A stretch of 26,786 nt of DNA from Polyangiaceae bacterium (GTDB lineage: Bacteria > Myxococcota_A > Polyangia > Polyangiales > Polyangiaceae), in NCBI GenBank assembly GCA_044222475.1, contig JBGANF010000098.1, forward strand, positions 1 to 26,786. The letters are read 5' to 3'. Position 1 is the first letter of the stretch. The number at the start of each line of letters is the position of its first letter. Positions 1 to 12,263 of this stretch are shown here, piece by piece. A program made the position numbers and the translations under genes. A model generated the notes under the pieces. That model was not told the DNA's origin and made no database searches. It saw nothing but the letters and a program-made list of their open reading frames with translations.

Positions 1-1
1 C

Positions 2-3280
<3,279 letters not shown>

Positions 3281-3302
3281 CGCGCGTCTCGCTCGGAAAA
3301 AG

Positions 3303-3402
3303 GAACCGCCAGGGGCGCCAGGCACGCCAAGTGAAAAGAAGAGAGGTTTGAACCCCTCTTCGATCGATCACTCCCTGGCGGCCCCGGCGACCCTGGCGGT
3401 TC
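3303..3402. repeat. REP/MITE-like palindromic element built from CGCCA(A/G)G units; possible bidirectional terminator
   Basis: Left arm 3303-3331 GAACCGCCAGGGGCGCCAGGCACGCCAAG matches the reverse complement of right arm 3374-3402 at 24/29 positions. Inner hairpin GAAGAG..CTCTTC. Lies at the junction of convergent genes. Confidence 0.7.
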
Positions 3403-4381
3403 TCTTTCGCCGCGCGACGGACGCGAAGACGGCGAGGCCGACGACGACCCACGAGCCAGGGCTCGCAGGGCCCACGCCGAGCGCGCAGCTCGCGGCCGGC
3501 GGTGGTGACGGCGGCACGTCCACGCCCGAGTCCGGCGCGGGCTCACTCGGTGGCTTCGCCCACGACGGCGGCGGCGTCTTCGCCCGCGCCGCGACCCCGA
3601 TCGCGACCGTGCGCATCCAGTCCGCGAAGCCGTCGACCCGGTTGTACGTCATGTTCGTGCAGACCTTGGGCTGCCCGCGCGACATGACGCCGATGATCGC
3701 TCCGTCCTCCGCGATCGCCGGGCTCCCCGAGTCGCCGCCGCACGGACCCAGGTTCGCCGTCCAGTCGCGCACCTCGCCGACCTTCGACACGAGCAGCCCG
3801 CTGCGCGAACGGCGCGTCCCGTCGACGCCGTCCGCGCCGTCGTAGCCGTACCCGATCGCGGTGAAGTGGTCTCCGGCGCGCGGCGGACCGTCGAGTCGGG
3901 GCGCGAGCGGCTTCGCGTCGACCGGCTCGGCGAGCTCGACCAGCGCGACGTCGTTTCCGCAGAGCGCGGTGCTCGCCTTCTCCGGCACGAAGATGTCGAG
4001 CACCTCGTAGCTGTGCGCCGCGCTGTCGTAACCGTCCGTCGTCGTCGTCACCCAGAAGCGTGAGACGGCGCCCACCGCCCCGAGGGCGCTCGCCTTGCCG
4101 GCGTCCGAGTCCTCGCACTGCGTGCCCGTCTTCGGGCCGGTGACGTCCCCCACGCAGTGCGCCGCCGTCAGTACCAAATTGGGACCGACGAGCGCGCCGG
4201 AGCAGAACATCCCCGACGATCCGCCGTCGGGGAACCGAAAGACCGCCACGACGTTGCGGTCCACGTCGTCGACCGTGCCGCCGATCACGGCTTGGCTGCC
4301 CTGCGCGACGACCTCGCCAGGCGGAGCGGAGCACGCGGCGAGCAGGGAGAGAACGAGACCCGAGAGAACGAGGCGATGCAT
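3368..4381 (-). CDS. S1 (trypsin-like) serine protease with lipoprotein-like signal and MYXO-CTERM-like C-terminal anchor
   Basis: Lipobox LLAAC; catalytic motifs LTAAHC, GNDVAL and GDSGSP; Pro-rich linker, then SCALG...hydrophobic helix...RRKR tail. Confidence 0.9.
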   Translation of the reverse strand: MHRLVLSGLVLSLLAACSAPPGEVVAQGSQAVIGGTVDDVDRNVVAVFRFPDGGSSGMFCSGALVGPNLVLTAAHCVGDVTGPKTGTQCEDSDAGKASALGAVGAVSRFWVTTTTDGYDSAAHSYEVLDIFVPEKASTALCGNDVALVELAEPVDAKPLAPRLDGPPRAGDHFTAIGYGYDGADGVDGTRRSRSGLLVSKVGEVRDWTANLGPCGGDSGSPAIAEDGAIIGVMSRGQPKVCTNMTYNRVDGFADWMRTVAIGVAARAKTPPPSWAKPPSEPAPDSGVDVPPSPPPAASCALGVGPASPGSWVVVGLAVFASVARRKRTARVAGAARE

Positions 4382-4445
4382 GCCCGCGTTCTAGAGACCG
4401 CTCGCATTACTCGCCCGTTAATCACGGGCGGCGGACATTAATCGG

Positions 4446-5210
4446 TCAGCTCGAGCTCGCGATGTGCCGGACGAGGTCGAACCCCGTCGCGATGCCGAAG
4501 AGGTGCCGCTTCTCGACGACGAGGATCCGCCGAACGCGAACGGCGCGCGCCTGCTTGGCCACGCGGTAGAGCGACGTCGCCGCGTCCATGCAGATGGTCT
4601 CGTAGCTCATGACCGACTCGACGGTGTTTGCGCGGAACGCCGCCGGGAGGGCTCGCGCGCGGATCGCCTCGGTTTGGGTGAAGACGCCCACCGGCCAGCC
4701 GTCGTCGAGGACGATGAGCCCGCGCACGTTCGCTTTCTCGAGCCGACCCAGCGCGGTGTCGACCGATTCACCGACGTCGACGGACTCGACCGACGTGGTG
4801 GTGACCTCGCGCACCGGGGTGAGGACCCGCTCCTCGATGATGGCGATCATCGCGTCTCGGGTGGAGAGCACGCCGACGGCCCGTCCACCTTCGGTCACGA
4901 TGACGCGGTGGATGCGGTTGTGGGTCATCACCTGCGCCGCCTCCCGCACGGGGGCGTCGGCGTCGACCGTGATGGCGGGGTGGCGGAGGACGTGAGCTGC
5001 GATCGGCGCGACTGCGCTGTCGCTCGAGGCCCGGAGGATGTCCGTCATCGAGACGACGCCGCGGAGCGTGCCGGCGTCGTCGACCACGGGCACCGCGGAG
5101 ATGTCTCGTCGCTCCAGCAGAGCCGTGATCTCACCCAAGGTCGTCGTCGGTGTCACCGAGACGAGCTCGCGGCTCATGAGGGTGCGGACGGGGGCGTCGA
5201 AGGCGGTCAT
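4446..5210 (-). CDS. CBS-domain protein (two Bateman pairs, no catalytic domain)
   Basis: Four CBS-like repeats (ISAVPVVD..GVVSMTD; IHRVIV..GVLSTRD; VRGLIV..GVFTQTE; VRRILV..GIATGFD). Start placed at ATG 5210 (MTAFDAPV). Confidence 0.88.
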   Translation of the reverse strand: MTAFDAPVRTLMSRELVSVTPTTTLGEITALLERRDISAVPVVDDAGTLRGVVSMTDILRASSDSAVAPIAAHVLRHPAITVDADAPVREAAQVMTHNRIHRVIVTEGGRAVGVLSTRDAMIAIIEERVLTPVREVTTTSVESVDVGESVDTALGRLEKANVRGLIVLDDGWPVGVFTQTEAIRARALPAAFRANTVESVMSYETICMDAATSLYRVAKQARAVRVRRILVVEKRHLFGIATGFDLVRHIASSS

Positions 5211-5275
5211 CCCGCCCAGCCTACCGCGACTCGGGCCGGGTGCGTGAGCGTGCATGAAAGTGCTAGATCGGTGGC

Positions 5276-6859
5276 ATGAATCGCTACGACGTCGTGGTCA
5301 TCGGTGGCGGTCACAACGGGCTAGTGGCGGCCGGCCTGCTCGCCAAACGGGGCAAGCGCGTCTGCGTCCTCGAGCGACGGCACGTCGTGGGCGGGGCGGC
5401 CGTGACCGAGGAGCCTTTCGGCCCCGATTTCAAGGTGACGTCGCTCGCGTACGTCGTGAGCCTGATGCCCGATGCCGTCCTGCGGGAGCTCGGTCTCGAG
5501 CGCTTCGGCTACCGGGTGTACCCGCAGCACGGGTACTTCGCCGCTCACCGCGACGGGCGATTCCTCTCGATGGTCGCCGACCCCGCGCGCCGCCGCGCCG
5601 AGATCGCAAAGTTTTCGCCTCGTGACGCCGACGCGATCGACCGCTGGGACGCGTGGCTCGGCGACCTCGCGAAGATCCTCGGGCCGATCCTCACCCAGGT
5701 CCCGCCGCGCCTCGGCTCGAAGTCGCTCGGCGATCTGCTCGACCAGGCGCGGTTCGCGATCAAGATGCGCGACGCGACGCCGGCGCAGATCGCGGACGCG
5801 ACGCGGCTCATGACGATGAGCATCGCCGACCTCCTGGACGAGCACTTCGAGTCGCCAGCGCTCAAGGCCGTCCTGTCGGTGAGCGGCGTGATCGGTGCGT
5901 GGGCCGGTCCGCGCTCGCCGGGCACCGCCTACGTGATGGCTCACCACAAGATCGGTGACGTCGGTCTCGGCCAGATGGGCACTTGGGGCTTCCCGGAGGG
6001 CGGCATGGGCGGCGTGACACGCGCGATGCGCCTCGCCGCCGAGAGCTTCGGCGCCGAGGTACGCACCGAGGCCACGGTGAAGAAGATCCTCACCAAGGCT
6101 GGGCGGGCGATCGGCGTCGCGTTGGAGAACGGCGACGAGATCTGGGCCGAGACGGTGATCACCACGACCCACCCCAAGGTCGCTTTTCTCGAGCACGTCG
6201 ATCGCAGCGAGCTCCCGGAGGACTTCCTCCGCGCGATCGAGCGCTGGCGAACGCGCAGCGGCACGGTGAAGATCAACCTCGCCATCGATCGGTTGCCGGA
6301 CTTTCGCGCGAAGCCGGGGTTCGACCCGGAGGTCCACGGGGGGACGATCGTCCTCGCGGAGTCTCTCGACGACATCGAGGGCGCCTTCCAGGACGCCGTC
6401 GCCGGGCGCCCGGCCCAGACGCCGTTCGCCGACATCTGCATCCCGAGCGTGTTCGACCCGACGCTGGCGCCGCCCGGCAAGCACGTGGTGTCGATGTTCA
6501 CGCAGTGGGTGCCGCACGGGTGGAGCGCCGCGCCGCACGCGGCCGAGCTCGAGGCGTACGCCGATCGAGTGGTGGCGCGCGTCGAGGAGCTCGCGCCCGG
6601 GTTCACGCGATCGATCCTCCATCGGCAGGTCATCGGTCCTCACGCGATGGAGACGGAGTACGGCCTTCGCGGCGGGAACATCTTCCACGGCGAGCTCAGC
6701 GCCGATCAGCTCTTTCATCTGCGGCCGGCCCCCGGGTACACGGACTACCGCACGCCGATCCGCGGGCTCTACCAAGCGTCGTCGGCGACGCACGGTGGCG
6801 GCGGCGTGACGGGCATTCCTGCGCTGCAGGTGGTCGAGGAGGTGATGCGCGGGCGGTGA
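5276..6859 (+). CDS. Phytoene-desaturase-superfamily NAD(P)/FAD-dependent oxidoreductase (PYROXD2-like)
   Basis: YDVVVIGGGHNGLVAA, ERRHVVGGAA, GGMGGV, DPTLAPPGKHV, GGNIFHGEL, YRTPIRGLY, THGGGGVTG. Confidence 0.9.
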   Translation: MNRYDVVVIGGGHNGLVAAGLLAKRGKRVCVLERRHVVGGAAVTEEPFGPDFKVTSLAYVVSLMPDAVLRELGLERFGYRVYPQHGYFAAHRDGRFLSMVADPARRRAEIAKFSPRDADAIDRWDAWLGDLAKILGPILTQVPPRLGSKSLGDLLDQARFAIKMRDATPAQIADATRLMTMSIADLLDEHFESPALKAVLSVSGVIGAWAGPRSPGTAYVMAHHKIGDVGLGQMGTWGFPEGGMGGVTRAMRLAAESFGAEVRTEATVKKILTKAGRAIGVALENGDEIWAETVITTTHPKVAFLEHVDRSELPEDFLRAIERWRTRSGTVKINLAIDRLPDFRAKPGFDPEVHGGTIVLAESLDDIEGAFQDAVAGRPAQTPFADICIPSVFDPTLAPPGKHVVSMFTQWVPHGWSAAPHAAELEAYADRVVARVEELAPGFTRSILHRQVIGPHAMETEYGLRGGNIFHGELSADQLFHLRPAPGYTDYRTPIRGLYQASSATHGGGGVTGIPALQVVEEVMRGR

Positions 6860-6860
6860 G

Positions 6861-8720
6861 TCAGCGCTTCGTGGCGTCGCCCTCGGCCGGTGCGTCGAGC
6901 GCCTTCCTCGCCGCGCGCCAGAACAGCACCGCATAGGCGATGAGCGCCGCCACCGAGACGGTCATCGGTCGCGAGTTCCACAGTGTGCGCTCCTTGAGCA
7001 GCTTGGGCACGAGGTGGGTGAAGTAGCCATCGCGCCCCGGAATGATGCGGGTGATGTCGCCGTAGGGCTGCGTGGCTGCGGAGAGGATGATCAGCGCCGT
7101 CCCCGCCGAGAAGGCGACGCGCCGGAGCGGATCCCTCTCCATGAAGAGCACCAGCGTGATGGCACCGCCCATCTGAAGCAGCGTACTCGGCGTGAAGAGG
7201 TGCGCAGCGTTGAGCGCCGCGACGACCGCGCCGGAGGTGAGGATCGAGCCCGCGATGACCGAGCGACTCTCGAGTCCCACGCGGAGCGAGAGCACGTAGA
7301 AGAGGAGAATCACCGTCACCGACGCGAGGAGGAAGTAGACGACGACGTCCCCGGCGTAGGGGATGCCCAAGTAGGCGCGATCGAGCTGCGGGGTCGCTTC
7401 GAGGAGCAGCTGCAAAGGCGCGCCACGTCGAGCAGGGAGGAATCGGAAGATGCCCAGGATGCCGCCGATGATGGCGAGGCCGAGCGCGGCGAGCCGGATG
7501 CGCGTCTTGAGCGTGCCGGACGAGGAGAGCGCGTTGTAGACGAAGCAGATGCTCGCGGCGGGCAGCAGCGCGATCCCCTGGACCTTCATGGAGCACCCGA
7601 TCGCGATGAAGAGGGGGCCGACGAGCCCATGGCGTTCGAAGCGGTGCGACAGAAGCATGCCGAGCGTCACGAAGAAGAGCGGCGCCGTGTCGAACTGAAC
7701 GAACAAGATCGCGACGTACCAGAGCACGGGGGCGAAGATCGCCAGATGGAACGCGAGGCGCGGTCGCCCGGCGAGCAGCTTCTCTTCGTCGGCGAACGAC
7801 AGGATCGAGAGCACCATGGCGAGCAGCAGCCCCGCGTTGACGATCTTGATCATCAAGATCTGCAGGTACGGTTCGCCGTGGTACAGCGGGGCGTGGGCGA
7901 ACAGCGTGCCCCAGAACCGATCGACGAACGTCCAGAACTCCAGCATGAGGACGTTGTAGGGGAACGTCGGAAACTCCCAGTGCCAGAGCGCCTCGAAGTT
8001 GACCTGGTACTGATAGACGTCGAGCCCGGCAGCCGAGATGCGGAAGATGTCGTAGATGGGCGCTGCGTCGCCGCCCACGACGGAGACGACGGTGACGACG
8101 GCAGCGACGAATCCGATCGCGAGGTCGCGCCGTGAGAGGTGCCGCGCCCACGCGCTGCTGTACGTGAAGAGCGAGAGGGCGCTCATGCCCAGCGCGCGCC
8201 TGCGCTCGAGCACCGGGCGGAAGACCGCGAAGAGCAGCAGCCACAGGACCGAGCTCAGCGCGACGATGGCTGGTACGCGGAGCCCGTCGGCGGTTCGTGG
8301 CAGTCGGAGGACGACGAAGTCGAACGCCTCCTGTCGTGGAGCGACGTCGCGCACGACGACGACGCGTTGCGGGTCGAGCGGCTCGCGGTCCACCGTGACG
8401 TCGGAGACGGTGCGCGAGTCGGCGTTCCAGCGAAACTCGACGCGGCTGTAGCCGAGAGGGCGCTCGGGCGTCGGCGGGATCACGCCCGAGCGCACGCCGC
8501 TCTCGTTCGGCGGGAACTGGATGGGAGCGCCGCCGTCGACCGCGATGAAGCCGACGGGTTCGTGGTGCTCGGGGTTCGTGTCGATGGCGAGCTCGAGGTC
8601 ACGGAAGAGCAGTCGCGCGGTCGAGTCGCCGACGTGGAGCGCGATCGGCAAGAGCACGAGCGCGAGGATGGCGAGCCTTCGCCACGCCGACCCGGTCGTC
8701 CCCGCCGAGGGCGCGCTCAT
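6861..8720 (-). CDS. Polytopic membrane protein, probable GT-C-fold glycosyltransferase (GT87/PIG-M/ALG6-like) with N-terminal soluble extracytoplasmic domain
   Basis: Real start is ATG 8720 (ATGA overlap with the upstream stop). Many TM helices; an Asp after a TM followed by an FPTFPY loop; F-x-P..WY..QFD..P and G-x-x-x-K..LLP motifs typical of GT-C enzymes. Confidence 0.65.
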   Translation of the reverse strand: MSAPSAGTTGSAWRRLAILALVLLPIALHVGDSTARLLFRDLELAIDTNPEHHEPVGFIAVDGGAPIQFPPNESGVRSGVIPPTPERPLGYSRVEFRWNADSRTVSDVTVDREPLDPQRVVVVRDVAPRQEAFDFVVLRLPRTADGLRVPAIVALSSVLWLLLFAVFRPVLERRRALGMSALSLFTYSSAWARHLSRRDLAIGFVAAVVTVVSVVGGDAAPIYDIFRISAAGLDVYQYQVNFEALWHWEFPTFPYNVLMLEFWTFVDRFWGTLFAHAPLYHGEPYLQILMIKIVNAGLLLAMVLSILSFADEEKLLAGRPRLAFHLAIFAPVLWYVAILFVQFDTAPLFFVTLGMLLSHRFERHGLVGPLFIAIGCSMKVQGIALLPAASICFVYNALSSSGTLKTRIRLAALGLAIIGGILGIFRFLPARRGAPLQLLLEATPQLDRAYLGIPYAGDVVVYFLLASVTVILLFYVLSLRVGLESRSVIAGSILTSGAVVAALNAAHLFTPSTLLQMGGAITLVLFMERDPLRRVAFSAGTALIILSAATQPYGDITRIIPGRDGYFTHLVPKLLKERTLWNSRPMTVSVAALIAYAVLFWRAARKALDAPAEGDATKR

Positions 8721-9757
8721 CGCAGGGAGAGCGCCCAGCCCACCGCTCGAAGCACACCTTGTTTCACCGGCGACGAGTGGTGAGAAGCACCGCGGCGCGC
8801 GAAGACCTCCTCGCGGTGAGCGACGTACCAGTCGTACGACTGCCGGAACATCTCGACGTTGCCGAAGCGCGGCGCGTAACCGAGCTCGCGCTTGGCCTTG
8901 GAGATGTCGAAGTACATCGTCCGCCCGTACATCAGCGCGTGGTAGGGCCCGAGAGGGGAGACGCCGATGCGGCTCGTGATGCCCATCATCGTGACCGCCG
9001 GGCGCATCGGCACCGACACGACGCGGCTTCCGGTGCCCGCGTACCGAACCAGCCCTTCGAGCGTCTCCCGCATCGTCCCGAAGCGCTCGCAGCCGATGTT
9101 GTAGAGGGCGGAGCCTTTCTTCGCGCCGGCGGCGATGCACGCATCGGCGAGATCGTCGGCGTGAACGAACTGGTAGACGTTGTCCCCGCGTCCGAAGACG
9201 GGCACGTTCTTTCCAGTCCGCACCCACTCGAAGAGGATCTGCATGATCCCGAGGCGGCCGTGACCCATGATCGTCCGCGGGCGGATGATGGTGACGTCGA
9301 CTCCTTGCGCTTCGAAGTCGTGGCAGAGCGTCTCTGCCGCGAGCTTCGCCGCTCCGTAGTCTTCTTGCGGGCGCGGGGGCGTCGACTCGTCGACCGGGTT
9401 CGTGTCGGGCGCGCCGAACACCGCGCTCGACGACATGTGGACGACCTTGCGGACACCCGCCTTCTTCGCTCCGGCGAGCAGGTTCTTCGTCCCGTCGCGG
9501 TTGACCGAGAAGAACGCGGCCTTGTCCTTCGCCAGCGGCACGAGCGCGACGTTGTGATGCACGACGTCCACCCCTTCGCACGCGCGGGCGACCGCCTCGG
9601 CGTCGCGGATGTCGGCGCGCACCATCTCGACGCCTTCTTCGCGCTCGGCCTCGTTGATGTCGAAGATGCGGACGCGGTGGCCTGCGGCGCGAAGCTTCTG
9701 GGTCAGCAGCGTGCCGAAGTAGCCGGCGCCCCCGGTCACCAGGTGCAGCTCGCTCAC
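8717..9757 (-). CDS. Extended SDR, NAD-dependent epimerase/dehydratase (3-beta-HSD-like)
   Basis: GTG start 9757 (GTGA overlap); LVTGGAGYFG, HMSSSAVFG, YGAAK, IIRPRTI, FVHADDLA. Confidence 0.92.
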   Translation of the reverse strand: MSELHLVTGGAGYFGTLLTQKLRAAGHRVRIFDINEAEREEGVEMVRADIRDAEAVARACEGVDVVHHNVALVPLAKDKAAFFSVNRDGTKNLLAGAKKAGVRKVVHMSSSAVFGAPDTNPVDESTPPRPQEDYGAAKLAAETLCHDFEAQGVDVTIIRPRTIMGHGRLGIMQILFEWVRTGKNVPVFGRGDNVYQFVHADDLADACIAAGAKKGSALYNIGCERFGTMRETLEGLVRYAGTGSRVVSVPMRPAVTMMGITSRIGVSPLGPYHALMYGRTMYFDISKAKRELGYAPRFGNVEMFRQSYDWYVAHREEVFARRGASHHSSPVKQGVLRAVGWALSLR

Positions 9758-10806
9758 AGCGTCGCTCCGTGGTCGAGCATCCATCGGATGGAGCGGCGCA
9801 TGCCCTCGGCGAGCTCGATCTTCGGGTCGTACCCGAGCTCCTTCTCGGCCTTGGCGACGCTGCACGCGATCGTCTTGTTCATCTCGGACAGGACGTGGAG
9901 CTTCTGGTGGTACGCGCCGACCCCCTGGATCATCGCGTCGAGCACGTACGCGACCCCGCTCGCGATGCCGGGAAGTCGCATCCGTTTGTGTGCGACCTTC
10001 ACGCCGAAGTCCTTCTCCATCACCGCTTCGATCGTGTCGACGATCTCGTTCATCGTGTACGGCCGGCGGTCGGCGATCCAGAACGTGCCGCCCTTCGCCT
10101 GTTCGACGCGTTCGCAGAGCAAGAGCCCTTGGCAGATGTTGTCGATGTAGGCCATCGAGCGCCGGTTCTCGCCGCCGCCCACGATCGGTGCCTTGCCGTC
10201 GCGGATCATCTGGAAGAAGAGCGCTTGGCGGGGCGGCTGGCCGGGGCCGTAGAACCAGGGCGGCCGGATGATGACCGTCTCCATCGCGCCGCGCGAGCTC
10301 GCGGCGAGGACGATCTCCTCGGCGGCCTTCTTGCTCGCCCCGTACCCCATGTACGGGTGATACGGCGAGCTCTCGTCGAAGACGTGGTCGGGGCTCGGGT
10401 TCGTGCCGATCGGCGAGTTGGACGACACGTACACCAGGCGGCGCACGCCTTCGCGCTCGGCGGCTTCGGTCACGTGCCGCGTGCCGTCGACGTTCACTTG
10501 CGTGAACTCCTTCGCGCCCTGGGTCGGGTGAATCACCGCGGCGACGTGGAACAGCGTCGCGCCCTTCGCTCCCGCGCACAGTCGGGCGACGGCTTCGGGG
10601 TCGCGGACGTCGCCCTCGACGATCTCGACGCGGTCGATCGCGTGGAGCGCGCTCGCGTCTCCGCCGGGGAGCACGAGGCAACGGATCGCGCGGTCACCGA
10701 GCGGCGCCTCCAGCCCCGGCACGCCGGGGAGGCCGTTGCGGAGGACGTCGACGAGCCGCGTCCCGAGCCAGCCGGGGGCACCAGTGACGATGGCGAGCGG
10801 GCTCAT
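9754..10806 (-). CDS. Extended SDR, NAD-dependent epimerase/dehydratase (3-beta-HSD-like)
   Basis: IVTGAPGWLG, GDVRD, VNVDGT, YVSSNS, YGASK, IIRPPWFYGPG; ATGA overlap with the upstream GMC gene. Confidence 0.92.
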   Translation of the reverse strand: MSPLAIVTGAPGWLGTRLVDVLRNGLPGVPGLEAPLGDRAIRCLVLPGGDASALHAIDRVEIVEGDVRDPEAVARLCAGAKGATLFHVAAVIHPTQGAKEFTQVNVDGTRHVTEAAEREGVRRLVYVSSNSPIGTNPSPDHVFDESSPYHPYMGYGASKKAAEEIVLAASSRGAMETVIIRPPWFYGPGQPPRQALFFQMIRDGKAPIVGGGENRRSMAYIDNICQGLLLCERVEQAKGGTFWIADRRPYTMNEIVDTIEAVMEKDFGVKVAHKRMRLPGIASGVAYVLDAMIQGVGAYHQKLHVLSEMNKTIACSVAKAEKELGYDPKIELAEGMRRSIRWMLDHGATL

Positions 10807-12263
10807 GTCAGGCCCTCGATGAAGCGCAGGACGTTGCGGCGCGCGAGCGCCATCACACTGCCTTGAGGGTTCACGCCGGGGGAGTCGGGGAGCATGCTCG
10901 AGTCGTTCACGTACAGGTTCTCGTGGCGGTGCACCTTACCGAAGGAATCGGCCGCACAGCGATCCGATCTCTCACCGATCGGACAGGAAGAAAAGGCGTG
11001 AACGGTCGTCAGGCTGAGAGCGCTCGGGGGCAGCGACTCGTCGAGCCAGCGGATCGCGTCCGTCTCGGTGGTGATCGAGGGAATGCCGCGCACCGTCGGG
11101 AACACTCCCTCGGCGCCGGCGGCCAGCAGCAGGGTCGCGAGACGGGCGAGGCCGCGGCTCAGGTTCCCCACGTCGGCATCGCTGAGCTCGTAGCGAGCGA
11201 GCGTGTCGTCCCCGAGCATCGACGTGCGGATTCGTCCACGCCCCGTGCCGCGGACGGCGACGTAGTAGCTGGCGACGTTTCGGTGCGCGCTCATCTGGCT
11301 CTCGGTCTCGCGCCAGTTGTCGGAGAGAAGCATCGCGAGGTGGCCCGGGGTGGAGAACGCTCCGCCGAGCGAGATCTCCGGCCAGAACTCCTTGACCTGA
11401 AGGAGGGGAAGCACGCTCGCGTGAGCGTCGATCGTCTCCGGGAAGCGCGCGGCGACCTTCAGCATCGGGTGGACGCGAAACGTCTCGCCGACGTGGTGCT
11501 TGATGCCGCTCCGTCGGAGCAACGCTGGCGTCTCGGTGGGCCCGGCGCACACGAAGACGTGCTCGGCGTCGATGCGGACGAGCTCGCGCTCCCCGGACTC
11601 GTGCTCGAGCTCGGCGACGACGCCGACGCACCGCCGGCCGTCGAAGAGGAGCTGCTGCGCGCGGCAACGCGTGAGGACCTTCGCGCCCGCCTCTTCGGCT
11701 CGCGGCCACGCGCTGCGCGTCATCCCTTGCTTCGCCTGCGTCGGACACCCCGAGGGGCACGCGTTCGTGCTCTGGCAACCCGCCGCGGCGCGAGGGATCT
11801 CGGCGAACGCCCACCCCATCCGCTCGATGCCGCGCGCGAACACCTCGGTGCTCTTCGGCCACTCCTTGCCGTACTTCTGGACCTGGAGCAGCTCCTCGGC
11901 CCACTCGAAGTGGGGCGCGAGCTCTTCCGCGCTGGCGGCTTGCAGATCGTACTGCGCCTTCCAGTGCAGCAGGATCTCGCGCGGCGTGCGGTGCCAGAAC
12001 CCGCTGTTGATCTCCGTGCTGCCGCCGAGGCACGCGCCCTCTACGTAGCCCAGCGGGGTGGGCCCGAGGATCGGCGTCATCCCCCGGCGACGGTAGAGAG
12101 TCTCCATCGCCCGTGGTGCGCTCCGCCCATAGTCTGCCGGGGCGTGGCGCCGTCCTTCCTCGAGCACGACGACGTCGATGCCGGCGCGCGCGAGCTCGAT
12201 GGCGGTCACCGCGCCGCCGGCGCCCGAGCCGATCACGAGGACCTGGGTGCGCTTCGCCGTCAC
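10803..12263 (-). CDS. GMC-family FAD oxidoreductase
   Basis: GTG start 12263 (GTGA overlap); VLVIGSGAGG, GACLGGSTEINSG, ETPALLRRSG, C-terminal VH..SSC and GVNPQ (His/Asn pair). No signal peptide seen. Confidence 0.92.
   Translation of the reverse strand: MTAKRTQVLVIGSGAGGAVTAIELARAGIDVVVLEEGRRHAPADYGRSAPRAMETLYRRRGMTPILGPTPLGYVEGACLGGSTEINSGFWHRTPREILLHWKAQYDLQAASAEELAPHFEWAEELLQVQKYGKEWPKSTEVFARGIERMGWAFAEIPRAAAGCQSTNACPSGCPTQAKQGMTRSAWPRAEEAGAKVLTRCRAQQLLFDGRRCVGVVAELEHESGERELVRIDAEHVFVCAGPTETPALLRRSGIKHHVGETFRVHPMLKVAARFPETIDAHASVLPLLQVKEFWPEISLGGAFSTPGHLAMLLSDNWRETESQMSAHRNVASYYVAVRGTGRGRIRTSMLGDDTLARYELSDADVGNLSRGLARLATLLLAAGAEGVFPTVRGIPSITTETDAIRWLDESLPPSALSLTTVHAFSSCPIGERSDRCAADSFGKVHRHENLYVNDSSMLPDSPGVNPQGSVMALARRNVLRFIEGLT

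Noticed and set aside
5276..6859. CrtI/carotenoid gene, or member of the adjacent operon
   Set aside because: Motifs fit the generic PYROXD2-like group; no crtB/crtE nearby; it is convergent to the operon.
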